Source: an uncultured Phycisphaerales bacterium
Lineage (GTDB): Bacteria > Planctomycetota > Phycisphaerae > Tepidisphaerales > Tepidisphaeraceae
Assembly (NCBI GenBank): GCA_963755915.1
Contig: CAVWLP010000002.1
Span: 32,001-96,000, forward strand
Length of the DNA: 64,000 bases
Reading direction: 5' to 3'
Numbering within the stretch: the first letter of the stretch is position 1; every line of letters begins with the position of its first letter. Shown here in pieces: positions 52,873 to 62,660 of this stretch. The notes below the pieces were generated by a model. That model was not told where the DNA came from, searched no databases, and was given only the letters and a program-made list of their open reading frames with translations. A program made the position numbers and the translations under genes.

Positions 52873-53763
52873 TCACGCCGTCTGGCCGGCGGATACCCCC
52901 ACATCAGAAGACAACGGCGGCTCTGTCACGGTGTCTTCCGGGGGGGAGCACCCTTCATCGCCGGCGGTACTCCGCCGTCCTTTTGGATTTGTCTTTTCCG
53001 GTGTCCCGGATTGGCCTGCCGTGAGCGAAGTCGAATGGCCCCCATGCCGAAGGCGGTAGCTCTTGCCGGTGATGTTGATGATCGTGGCGTGCTGCAGGAA
53101 CCGATCCAGAATGGCCGTGGCCGCCGGCACGTCGCCGATCAGCTTGGCCCAGTCCTCCAGTGGACGGTTGCTGGTCATCATCGTCGAGCGGTTCTCGTGC
53201 CGGCGCATGACGATCTCCAGCAGGCATTCGCCGCTGCGCCGCGGAAGCTGCTTCATTCCCATGTCGTCGATGATAAGCAGATCAGGCTTGAGATACCGGG
53301 CCAGCGTCTTGTCCTGGGCTCCCAGATCCTCGTCGCCTAAAAAGTCGCGGGCCAGGTCGAAGATGGATCGGTACAGGACCACCAAGCCGCTCTTGATCGC
53401 CTGGTGTCCGATGGCCTGGGCCAAAAACGATTTGCCCACGCCGGGCGGACCCAGCAAGAGCACGTCACGTTTGTCACGAATGAACTGGCCGGCGGCCAGA
53501 TCGTGAATCTGTTTGCGTTTGATGGAGGTGTTGAAGGAGAAGTCGAACTCGTCGAGGTTTTTGGTGTCGCGGAACATCGCCGCCTTGACGCGCCGGCCGA
53601 TCTGCCGGCTGGATCGGACGTTCAGTTCATCCTGAAGGATCAGTTCCAAAAACTCACTGTGGTCGAGCCGATTGCCGGCCGCCTCGCTCAGGCGAACTTC
53701 AAGGCTGCTCGCCAGACCTGAAAGCCGAAGTTGCTTGAGCGTCTGCATCAACGAAGGTCTCAT
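52873..53763 (-). CDS. istB: IS21 helper ATPase IstB
   Basis: GPPGVGKSF, LLIIDDMG, TSNRP, AILDRFL, GKSYRLR. ATGA overlap with istA. Confidence 0.93.
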   Translation of the reverse strand: MRPSLMQTLKQLRLSGLASSLEVRLSEAAGNRLDHSEFLELILQDELNVRSSRQIGRRVKAAMFRDTKNLDEFDFSFNTSIKRKQIHDLAAGQFIRDKRDVLLLGPPGVGKSFLAQAIGHQAIKSGLVVLYRSIFDLARDFLGDEDLGAQDKTLARYLKPDLLIIDDMGMKQLPRRSGECLLEIVMRRHENRSTMMTSNRPLEDWAKLIGDVPAATAILDRFLQHATIINITGKSYRLRHGGHSTSLTAGQSGTPEKTNPKGRRSTAGDEGCSPPEDTVTEPPLSSDVGVSAGQTA

Positions 53764-55562
53764 GGGGTGGACTCCCTTCGGCTCTGCTCAGGGCAGGCCT
53801 GTAAAGGTTGTGCGGCAGGCAAAGCCTCCGCTTGGGTGATTGCGTCGCGTACGAACTGTCCGTAATCGGCCAGTCCGCGGATGATTGGATGTTCCTGAAC
53901 AAACTCGAAGTGTTGTTGAACCGGCGCGCCGTTTTGGTGTTCGATGAGCTGCCGCAGGGAGCGCAGGTGATACGCGCCATGCCCCAGAGCAATCTCGCAG
54001 GCTCGTTCCACGGCCGGTCGCGGCTGCTGATTGGCCAGCGACAGCAGCCCCATCAACACGCGCACGCCTTCGATGCCGCGATGCTGAAGCATTGACTGCG
54101 CCCACTGCGTGGCGTGCGGCCCGATGCATTCGATCCGCTGGAGAAGCCAGGTCGTTCCACGCTCGATGCCGCTGATCTTCTCCGGCAGGATATGGGCGTC
54201 TTGCGTCGAGAACCTGCCCGGCGGACGCTGCGCGTGCAGAGCGATCGCACGCATCTTCTGATCGAACAGCCGGACCGTGCGCCCGTCCCACCGCGCCCAG
54301 ACCCGCTGGCCCAAAAACTCCGGCGGGACCGAATAGTACGCCCCCTTGATCTCCACGTGCCCGTCGCGGTGAACACTGCGCAACGCCTCGGTGAAAAGAT
54401 CGAATCGCACCGGCGGCAGAGCCAACAGTGCCGGCTTCTCTACCTGCTCGAAGACTTCCTTCACCTGCCGCCGCGTCGTGCCGTGGATGCGCGTGTCGGC
54501 CACGCTCTTCTCCCACGTCAGCAGATGCGCGTTCTGATCCGAGAGCGAGGCGAATTGCCGGCCTTTGAGAGCATTGCTCTTCACATAGCCGATGCCCCGC
54601 TCGATCTTCCCCTTGTGCCGCGGCGTGTACGGCTTGGTGGGCAGAATGGCGATTCCATAATGTTCGGCGAACGACCGGACCTTGGGACACAACTCCGCCT
54701 CGAACCAGTCCGCCCGCGTCACCGCCGCGCGAAGATTGTCGATCACCAGCGCTGACGGCATCCCGCCGAAGTGCGTAAAGGCATTTTCCAGACAACGCAG
54801 AAAATCATCGGTCGTCTGCCGCTCCACCGCCTCGGCGTACCCCTTGCGGCTGTGGCTCAGCACAATGCGGAAGACCCAGGTTGCTTTGCGTTTGCCGTCA
54901 GGACCGACCAGGGCGCACCCCGGCCGAAGTCCACCTGCGCCTCGGCTCCCGGCTCGCATTCCATCCGGCGAAAGGGCGCCGGCGCGGCAGCCGAGAGCTT
55001 CTTGATGAACCGGCGCACGCTGTAATAGCTGCCGGCATAGCCGTGATCGCTGGAGATGTCTTGATAAATCCGCTGGGCCGTCAGCCCGGCTTCCAACTTC
55101 TGAACAATGACCTCACGCCAGGGCGATGCCGTACTGACCGACCCGATGGGCGCGCCGGATAACCCGGTGGGCGCGCTCTCCGAGCCGCCTGCGGCGAGCA
55201 CCGTCGAGCCGCCTGCGGCGAGCACCGTCGAGCCGCCTGCGGCGAGCACCGTCGAGCCGCCTGCGGCGAGCACCGTCGAGCCGCCTGCGGCGAGCACCGT
55301 CGAGCCGCCTGCGGCGAGCACCGTCGAGCCGCCTGCGGCGAGCACCGTCGAGCCGCCTGCGGCGAGCACCGTCGAGCCGAGGGGCGCGCTGGCCGGTTTT
55401 GAATCCGATCCGGGCGCCGCAGGATCGCCGCCCGACAACCGGATGTGGCGTCCAACGGTCTCCCGGTGAACGCCGAGTTGGCGGGCGATGTTCCGATTGG
55501 ACCAGCCGCTGCGCAAGTGCCAAAATTGCTTGTACTTCCGCCATCTTGAGTTGATTGGCCAT
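53760..55562 (-). CDS. istA: IS21 transposase IstA, frameshifts near 55510 and 54920
   Basis: MANQLKM, NRNIARQLGVHRETVGRH, AQVDFG, IDNLRAAV, PRHKGKIERG, RIHGTT. Confidence 0.92.
55182..55379. repeat. Perfect 24-bp tandem repeat x8 (VNTR) inside istA
   Basis: GAGCCGCCTGCGGCGAGCACCGTC x8 plus a partial unit. It encodes (STVLAAGG)8. Confidence 0.97.
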
Positions 55563-55851
55563 CCCACCATTGGCTTGCGGCAACCGCCGAAAGCCAAGGT
55601 CGATAACCCAATCTCCTGTGCCTCAAAATGGCCGGTTTTGGCGCGCCCTCAATTGGCCGGTTTTGCGCGCCCCATGACACCAGAGAGAACGCCGTGCCGG
55701 TCAGCGGTTAATTGCTCCGCCATAATTGCAGCATAAAGGGCCGACAGCGATGCCCTGGCGCGGCAGATGACACGAAATAAATGATGCTGTAGGATGACCA
55801 AAGTCTCGGAGGGTTTAGTTCTCTTCTTTTCGCTTTTACAGCGGTGAACGC

Positions 55852-56574
55852 ATGCAGAGGAGTTACGTTGTTTATGAAGCGCCTCCTGTGGGAGAAGATG
55901 TGGATTGGAGTCAGGCGAACGTTCTCCAAGTCGACCAATTTCATTCAAGCAGTGGTTTGCACCGGCCGCGCACATACGTTCGCTTGCTGCATGACCTCCG
56001 ATCGTTCCTCTTGCGGTTTGACGTTGAAAATGATTATGCGGTCTCGCGGGCCACGAAATACCAGGACAATGTAAGTCGGGACAGTTGTGTCGAATTTTTC
56101 GTGCAGCCGCCGTCCGGCAGCGCATATTTCAATCTCGAATTGAACTGCGGCGGAACGATCTTGCTTTATTATATTGAAGATCCATCACCTAGGGAGACCG
56201 GCTTCGCCAAGTATACGCCGCTGCCGCAGGACGAGGCATCGTTGGTGAGCATCGTCCACTCAATGCCTTCGGTGGTCTGGCCAGAGCGAGCAGAGCCGAC
56301 GTCATGGTGGATGACCTGCCGCATTCCGTTTGAGTTATTCGAAGCGTACGTCGGCCCAATCAAAATCAAACGAGGCGATCGTTGGCGGGCCAACTTTTTC
56401 AAATGCGCCAGCGAAAGCCGTCACCCGCACTGGGCGAGCTGGAATGCGATTGGCGATGTGCTCAATTTTCACCAGCCGCAGTGTTTCGGCGACCTTATCT
56501 TCGATCAGCCCCTGAGGTCAATCCAAAGTGCGCGGATGGACGCACTCAATATAATGTCGCGCCCGTCATCCTGA
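55852..56574 (+). CDS. Carbohydrate-binding family 9-like (DOMON-like) protein
   Basis: RDSCVEFFVQP...YFNLELNCGG, IPFELF, WRANFFKCA, NFHQPQCFG. Confidence 0.82.
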   Translation: MQRSYVVYEAPPVGEDVDWSQANVLQVDQFHSSSGLHRPRTYVRLLHDLRSFLLRFDVENDYAVSRATKYQDNVSRDSCVEFFVQPPSGSAYFNLELNCGGTILLYYIEDPSPRETGFAKYTPLPQDEASLVSIVHSMPSVVWPERAEPTSWWMTCRIPFELFEAYVGPIKIKRGDRWRANFFKCASESRHPHWASWNAIGDVLNFHQPQCFGDLIFDQPLRSIQSARMDALNIMSRPSS

Positions 56575-56617
56575 CTGCGTCGTAAATCGGGTCACGCGAA
56601 GGATTCGTATTTGATCG

Positions 56618-57810
56618 TCATTTCCCGGAAGAGGGTACGGACGATCCTGCTTCTTGCACAATCGACCAGTAAATGCACGCTTGGATCACGCCGCTGGCGG
56701 GAAGGATTGGAATTTCATAGCCAGGGACGTTCACGCATCCATCGGGCATCGGCCAGTGGGGGTCGATATAGAGAACGCCCGGTGCGTTATCGTTTTGCCC
56801 ACGGCGAACGCTACAGTAGGCGAGTTGAAATTCACGATGACGTGCGCGATCGATCAATGCCTGAGGTGGTTGCTGGTAGCTTATATGCAAAACAAATGCA
56901 ATGTTGCCGGGCAGCGGCGCGCTGTCCGCCGTCGCCGGGAGGAATGGCGGAGACTCGTGGCCGTCGTTCATGTGCGCGGGCCAGATGTGGCCCATCGCTC
57001 GAAATGCGGAATGGCCGGGTGCGGACTTATAGAGCCATTGGCCGGCTTCCTGGAGTTTAGTTTGCTCGTTTTCCTCAATCTGCTGAAGCATCCCATCCAT
57101 CGAATCGAGGTATTGGTCTCCAAGTGTCCCAGCCGCCACAGGCGCGATCTTCAAATCATCGTGGAAGGTTTTTTTGCCGTATTTCCTGGCCCAGTCGTGT
57201 CCCCCCTCCAAACCGAATGATTCGTAGAATACAGGCATCTTTCCCAGCCGCGTGCAGGCGGCCCCGAACTCGCCAGTCCAAGTCCAGAGGTTTACGAAGT
57301 TCTCCACAACGTCGGTCGAATAGACGTAGCCATTATCATGAAATTCGCAGTTTGGCGATGATGTGATAGTGACATCGGCATTGGTAGCTCGATTGTCGGC
57401 GCAAAAAAGATGACATACGCCCCGTCATGTTTCCAAAGGGCGATGTCGCTGCGATCGCTTTCGGTTGACACGTCGCGCGATCCGACCAGGATTACATCTC
57501 CAGCTACAACATTCCCAACTGGACGCACTGATATAAGCCCACCGGCACGCCCTATTGCTTCGAAAGCAAAGTCGGATTGGGAGCCGGCAACCCAAAGGTG
57601 ACCGCCATTGACGATGCGTCGCGCGGCTTCCTCCGCGGACGACGTAATCTCAGTCATCTGTCCACGGGTATGCCCGAGATCATTTCGAATGTGGCTTATG
57701 TAGGAATTACTGTCTTGTTGGCATCCAAGGGTACCGGCCAGCATTATCAACGCTAACTTGGGAATTATTGAAGTGGCACATGCCCACCAGCTAGCTGGTT
57801 GAATTTTCAT
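56618..57810 (-). CDS. Hypothetical lipoprotein with SIS-like repeats, frameshift near 57310-57380
   Basis: LAGTLGC lipobox, AARRIVNGGHLWVAG...EAIGRAGGL, IDPHWPMPDGCV...ILPASGVIQ. Confidence 0.55.
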
Positions 57811-57909
57811 TGAGCTCCACCTGCGCCTAATAACACGTTGACAGAACACGAATACTACCAATGTTGGCAATGCAGCGAGCATAAGTGAAATGAAAGATCT
57901 GTTCTGCAT
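57811..57909 (-). pseudogene. C-terminal remnant of a carbohydrate ABC permease (MalG-type)
   Basis: SLMLAALPTLVVFVFCQRVIRR matches the ..A.IPTL.VF.F.Q...RG end of sugar ABC permeases. Confidence 0.55.
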
Positions 57910-58094
57910 GCGGATACGCGTTGTCCACTGATTCCCTCATGCACTCAATTAACCCATACCTGCGGCTCCAATGATCGGCCTCCCTTCTACTGGGGCCTTT
58001 TTCCCGACATCCACTTCGTAATTCACGTCCTTATTTCATCCGTGTCGGAGCAGTAGTCGCTGGGCGTTGCTCTGCGGATTAACCCAAAATCTTG

Positions 58095-58176
58095 TTGACA
58101 ATCCGTTAGCGATGGTATATTATCCGCCCCTGTCTGGAATCGTATCCATAAATCAATAGGATTGTATCCGTTGATT
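58095..58176 (+). promoter_or_regulatory. Sigma70-like promoter with operator-like motifs
   Basis: TTGACA (58095), 17-bp spacer, TATTAT. TGGTATATTATCCG at 58113-58126, GGAATCGTATCC at 58136 and AATCAATAGGATTGTATCCGTTGATT at 58151-58176. Confidence 0.65.
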
Positions 58177-58504
58177 GATGGTATATTTCGAATGCCATGG
58201 ATCTGGCAAAGATTAGCGAAAAACGAGTTATTATGAATGGACAAGCGGTTGCTAGGCTGACGTAAAGGCAGGTCAAGCAAAAAATAGCAATTTGTCTATT
58301 CCGGCTTGCGTGCAGATATCCGCTAACCATGAATTTTGCACGCTTCGGGTCAGCGACATTTCGGCGCGATAGACAATTTCGGTGACGGGCATGCGGCATA
58401 GAAGAACTTAAACTGAGATGACAGCACTCTTTATGGCAATTTAGCCCTTCGAGTGACAAGTATGGACCTTCTACGCGTTCCACTAAACACAAGGAGCAGA
58501 GAAG

Positions 58505-59356
58505 ATGGGAAAGAAAATTCTGATCGGTAGTCTGATGGCCGCAGTGCCGATGACGGCGATTTCTGCGAAGGCGTCGTTCGTGCAATACTATAATCCAGGC
58601 AGCGCCACGGAGGTTTCGGAGTGGTCGTTTGCCAATGGGGATTACACGTACATCCCCGCCGATACAACTATAGTGAACGACCAGAACGCCGGTGTGACCG
58701 GTAACAACAACACAATCTATGAGTTTCCTGAAGGTTCTACGGCCAATTCTCCCTCGAACGGTTCCTACACTTTCAACGGCACTCAATATTTTTCGGCGTA
58801 TCCGGCCGGCCAGGGCGTCAACAGTTCGTTGGCGAATGCTGTTTTCGGACCTACACAGTCGTTCAGTGTATACATGAATCTTACAATGACTAGCGGAAGC
58901 TCTTTCTACCTGTGGAGCTTTGGCCCCGAAGCGTACTTATATTATACCGGAACGGCTTTCCAATTCTGGGTATACGGGGCGAACGGCAGTGATAACGTAT
59001 GCAACTGCAGTGTCAATGCGGCGTCGTTCGCCAGCGGATATCAAGACCTCCTGCTCACCTACAATGGGACAACGGGAACACCAATGGTCTATCTAGATGG
59101 TGTAAATAAGACCACTACCTCTGCTACGGGCCACGCGGGCGTGAAGTCCGACAGCAATAATATGTACATCGGTGCCCTCCAATCGGGGTCAGCGGCGTAT
59201 TATATGCCCGCCGCCGGCCAGGTGACGCTCACCGACGTTCAACTCTATTCAGGGGTTGTCAGCATAGGTGCCGTTCCCGAACCCGCAACGGGTGGCGTTT
59301 TGGCGATTGGTGGCTTAGCGATGCTCGGCCGCCGTTGGCGTCGAACGCGCGTATGA
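58505..59356 (+). CDS. Short PEP-CTERM protein (LamG-like head only), paralogue of the 39971 head
   Basis: Near-identical N-terminus to 39971, DLLLTYNGTTGTPMVYLDGV, VPEPATGGVLAIGGLAMLGRRWRR. Confidence 0.9.
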   Translation: MGKKILIGSLMAAVPMTAISAKASFVQYYNPGSATEVSEWSFANGDYTYIPADTTIVNDQNAGVTGNNNTIYEFPEGSTANSPSNGSYTFNGTQYFSAYPAGQGVNSSLANAVFGPTQSFSVYMNLTMTSGSSFYLWSFGPEAYLYYTGTAFQFWVYGANGSDNVCNCSVNAASFASGYQDLLLTYNGTTGTPMVYLDGVNKTTTSATGHAGVKSDSNNMYIGALQSGSAAYYMPAAGQVTLTDVQLYSGVVSIGAVPEPATGGVLAIGGLAMLGRRWRRTRV

Positions 59357-59414
59357 TCTCATCTGGGATTCTCCGGCGAACCCGCCGGGCTGCGGTCGGG
59401 TTTGACGAACATCG

Positions 59415-59463
59415 GCTACGTCGCCGCGCTGCGCAGCGCCGCCAAGAAGCGCGGCGACGTAGC
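59415..59463. repeat. Perfect 16-bp inverted repeat (stem-loop) downstream of the PEP-CTERM gene
   Basis: GCTACGTCGCCGCGCT, 17-nt loop, AGCGCGGCGACGTAGC. Confidence 0.85.
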
Positions 59464-59549
59464 GGTATCTTAGGCTTGGACGTTGATTCAATGCGCATTC
59501 CATTGCGTCACCGCCAACCTTTGTTATCATTTGAAGCGATGTAGTTTTC

Positions 59550-60371
59550 ATGCGTCGCAGCCGTATTCTTCACAAGATCCACGCCAACCAGCCGGCCATC
59601 GCCACCTTGCTTCACCTGACCGACCCTTCTGTTTATGAGTTGGCCAGCCTGATTGGCTTTGATGGCATCTGGATGGACCTTGAACATCACGGTTATTCGG
59701 TCGAGACCGCCGGCAACCTGATGCGCGCGGCGCGTGTTGGCGATACTGACATCGTGGCTCGGCCCGGCAAGTGCGAGTTCATGCGCTTGGGACGCCTGCT
59801 GGAGTTGGGCGCCACCGGCATTATGTATCCGCGCTGCAGCGGCGTGGAGGAAGCGAAAGAAGCCGTGCGCTGGAGCAAATTGCGCCGCTGGGCCAGCGCG
59901 GATTCGACGGTAGTGGGCCGGATACCCCCTATTGCACCCTTCCGATAGATGAATATGTCGCCGAGGCCAATGAGCAGACCTTCCTGCTCGTGCAGCTTGA
60001 AGAGCCGCAAGCGATCGATCAGGCCGAGGCTATCGCGGCCCTGCCAGGCGTCGATCTGGTCATGCTCGGCCCGGCCGATTTCACCGTGTTGACGGGTATT
60101 CCCGGGCAGTTCGATCACCCTTCCGTCACAGCGGCCATTCACAAGGTCGCCGCCGCGGCGCAACACCGGCAAGCATTGGGCCGCCACGTGCGGTTCGATC
60201 GAAGACGCCAAAGAAATGATCCGTCTCGGATGCCGCCTGGTCTTTCACGGAGCTGACATCTTGATGGTCAAGAATGGCCTGGAACTGATTCGCAGCAACG
60301 TCGCTGAACACCTTGGCCTTCAATTGCGCAGCACGGTTGTCGGCGAAGGAAAAAGTTATCTCGAACGATAG
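59550..60371 (+). CDS. HpcH/HpaI aldolase family, frameshifts near 59880 and 60165
   Basis: GFDGIWMDLEH, LLELGATGIMYP, PLGQRG, VQLEEPQAI, VMLGPADF. Confidence 0.87.
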
Positions 60372-60517
60372 AGATGCACAAAAAGTGGTGCCTCGATTTC
60401 AATCCTTATGACTTTTGCTCGGGCGTTTGCTTGTCCGGAATGAGCTTCTGATTCGATTCGTGAATGCCGCAGACATTTTCGATCATGGGCCGCCTCCGAG
60501 GAACAAGTGTTGAATCC

Positions 60518-60601
60518 CGCAAGCAACAGATAGGCGAAAGCTGGTTTCCCGCCCTAAACGACGTGCCTCGGCAGGCGATCAGCATCTCCTGTCGGCAAAT
60601 C
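60518..60601 (+). pseudogene. Internal fragment of a second nagB-like gene
   Basis: RKQQIGESWFPALNDVPRQAISISCRQI aligns with [28 protein letters not shown] of nagB at 51626. Confidence 0.8.
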
Positions 60602-60624
60602 ACACTATTGCCGACTGATTTTTA

Positions 60625-61458
60625 ATGACTCCCGCATTTCTTAACTTCGTCCTCGGCCAGATGCGCGTGAAGACAAACGTCTGCTCTCGGCAACGAGTGG
60701 AGCGCGGTTTCAGGCTCGAACCTCGCACTGTACCCGATTACAACTTCATCTGGATCGAACGCGGCCGGGCTGTATGGATCATCGAAGAAAAGCCGTACGA
60801 GCTTGTTCCCGGTGATCTAGTCATTGTCCCGCCCGGCGTGCCGCACCGCGCCCACAGCACAACGCGGCGCATGACACTTGGATCGATCCACGTTCAGTTG
60901 ACGCTCCCGGGTGGCCAGGATGTATTTGAAGTCCTCGTTCCCGCTCGGGTGCGTCACGTAACGCGCGACTCGAAACTCACCGGCTATCTCCGCGCCAGCC
61001 TGGCCGAATGGGATCGTGAGGACCATGCTCAGACAATGCTTATGCTCAAGAATTGGGCCCCGCTCGTAACGCTCGAACTGCTTCGCTACGATGCGGCCCA
61101 GGGCACATTAAAACAGCGCGACGTCGATCCGCTGGTGGCCGAGTTGCTCGACGAACTGAACCACCGAATCAATCATCAGACGACACTTGACGATCTGGCA
61201 GACTGGTCCGGATTTTCGCCGCAGCATCTCAATCGGCTGTTTCGGCGCGTCCTGGGTGTTACACCGCTGCAATATCTCGCAAGAATGAAAATGGAAGAGG
61301 CGGCATCTCTGCTGGCTGACGACCGCTGGACGGTCGCGGCGATCGCTCGCAAGCTTGGGATGGACGATCCCTACTACTTCAGCCGGCTGTTCAAACAGCA
61401 TTTTGGCCGCAGCCCTTCGCAGTATCGTGATACGGCCGGTTCAAAAAATCCATCCTGA
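60625..61458 (+). CDS. AraC-family transcriptional regulator with cupin sensor domain
   Basis: LVPGDLVIVPPGVPHRAH, LDDLADWSGFSPQHLNRLFRR, MDDPYYFSRLFKQHFGRSPSQYR. Confidence 0.93.
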   Translation: MTPAFLNFVLGQMRVKTNVCSRQRVERGFRLEPRTVPDYNFIWIERGRAVWIIEEKPYELVPGDLVIVPPGVPHRAHSTTRRMTLGSIHVQLTLPGGQDVFEVLVPARVRHVTRDSKLTGYLRASLAEWDREDHAQTMLMLKNWAPLVTLELLRYDAAQGTLKQRDVDPLVAELLDELNHRINHQTTLDDLADWSGFSPQHLNRLFRRVLGVTPLQYLARMKMEEAASLLADDRWTVAAIARKLGMDDPYYFSRLFKQHFGRSPSQYRDTAGSKNPS

Positions 61459-61538
61459 TGTTCAATTAATCCATAGCTTGTCTCCGCGGCGACGACCTAT
61501 AGTTCCGGCATCGAATTCACCCAAAAGGAGAACGCGTC

Positions 61539-62339
61539 ATGGGCTATCACATTAGCGGGCAGCAATGGGAATCGTACGACCAACTGGGCTATCTCAAGCT
61601 GGGGAAGTCGCTCAACCCAGCCGAACTTGCCGCACTGTGCCAGCGCATCGACGACATCATGCTGGGAAAAGCCAGCCTGGATTACAACCGCATCCTCATG
61701 CAGCTCGACAGCGAGACCGGTAAATACGAAGACGCCGGCCAGCAAACTCGCGGCCATAAAGGAGCCACGCTTGGCTACCGTAAGATCCAAGATCTAGAGC
61801 TCGATCCACTTTTCCTCGAATATTTGAAGCGCCCGATCTTCAAAGAGATCTGCGATCACGTCTATGGCCCCACGACACCGGTGGCCGCCTTCCGCGCGAT
61901 GTTCATGAACAAGCCCGCCAGAAAAGGGACGTTTCTTCCCTGGCACCAGGATCGCTGGACGTTTCTCGAACGCGACCCTCTCATCACGCTCTGGACCGCC
62001 CTCGACCCCGCGACAGTCGCCAACGGCTGCGTGCAGGTCATTCCCGCCAGCCACCGGCTGGGATTGATCAATCCCTCGCATTCCGCCGGCTTCCTTACGC
62101 CCGAACAGGCGAAGCAAATCTGCACGCCCGATAAAGTGGTCTATCTCGAGTTGGAGCCGGGCGAGTCGGTGCTGCTGCACAATTATCTCCTCCACGCATC
62201 GGACGTGAATAAGACAGACATCGCCCGACGTGCTTTCAGTGTCTGCTATATGGATGCGAGAACCATCACCCAAAGCGGCGATAAATTCTCGGTTATCTTC
62301 GAAAACGGCGCACCTGAGTTGCAAGGATCGGCCAGATAA
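61539..62339 (+). CDS. Phytanoyl-CoA dioxygenase (PhyH) family Fe/2OG dioxygenase
   Basis: MFMNKP, LPWHQD, TLWTALD...NGCVQVIPASH, LLHASDVN...RRA. Confidence 0.9.
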   Translation: MGYHISGQQWESYDQLGYLKLGKSLNPAELAALCQRIDDIMLGKASLDYNRILMQLDSETGKYEDAGQQTRGHKGATLGYRKIQDLELDPLFLEYLKRPIFKEICDHVYGPTTPVAAFRAMFMNKPARKGTFLPWHQDRWTFLERDPLITLWTALDPATVANGCVQVIPASHRLGLINPSHSAGFLTPEQAKQICTPDKVVYLELEPGESVLLHNYLLHASDVNKTDIARRAFSVCYMDARTITQSGDKFSVIFENGAPELQGSAR

Positions 62340-62516
62340 TTCGTGTGGCCAAACGAGCCATTTGGGCAAGGGGAAATCGGGATTTGGAGCTTCCTTCATG
62401 TTCCTGACCGTCGGAAGTCTCTTTTCCCTTTTAACGGATGAACAACATGGGAATCTGTCGATCAATAGGCTCTTCATTTAATATGCTGCGAATCACCGTC
62501 CGCAGTTTCGTTATGA

Positions 62517-62660
62517 CGTGACGGTGATGTTTATGCGATCCACGGCATCTGCACTCACGGTAATACCCACCTGGCCGACGAAGTTGTCAAGGGCACTCAG
62601 ATCGAATGCCCGAAGCACAATGGTCGGTTCAACATGATCGACGGTTCGCGGAAGCCTCAA
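62517..62660 (+). pseudogene. Rieske [2Fe-2S] ferredoxin fragment (MocE-like), not in the ORF track
   Basis: RDGDVYAIHGICTHGNTHLADEVVKGTQIECPKHNGRFNMIDGS has intact CxH and CxxH ligands, but an in-frame TGA lies at 62514-62516 and no convincing start was found. Confidence 0.78.

Larger units (their letters stand above)
52751..55679 (-). mobile_element. IS21-family insertion sequence (copy B)
   Basis: Ends TGTCA...TGACA with repeated CAAAACC(G/A)GCC motifs. Exact 6-bp target duplication CCAGAG at 52745-52750 and 55680-55685. Confidence 0.95.

Noticed and set aside
55182-55379. Possible CRISPR array
   Set aside because: Head-to-tail identical units with no spacers, in frame within istA, and no cas genes.
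39971-59356. Diversity-generating retroelement (near-identical repeat pair with a variable region)
   Set aside because: No reverse transcriptase in the window, differences are not adenine-specific, and both copies are ordinary genes with their own RBS.
290-60371. Frameshifts in roughly twenty otherwise complete genes, read as programmed frameshifting or mass pseudogenisation
   Set aside because: They are isolated 1-2 nt indels, often in short homopolymer or GC runs, with almost no in-frame stops and all motifs intact. This is most consistent with long-read consensus errors. Short-read polishing would decide.
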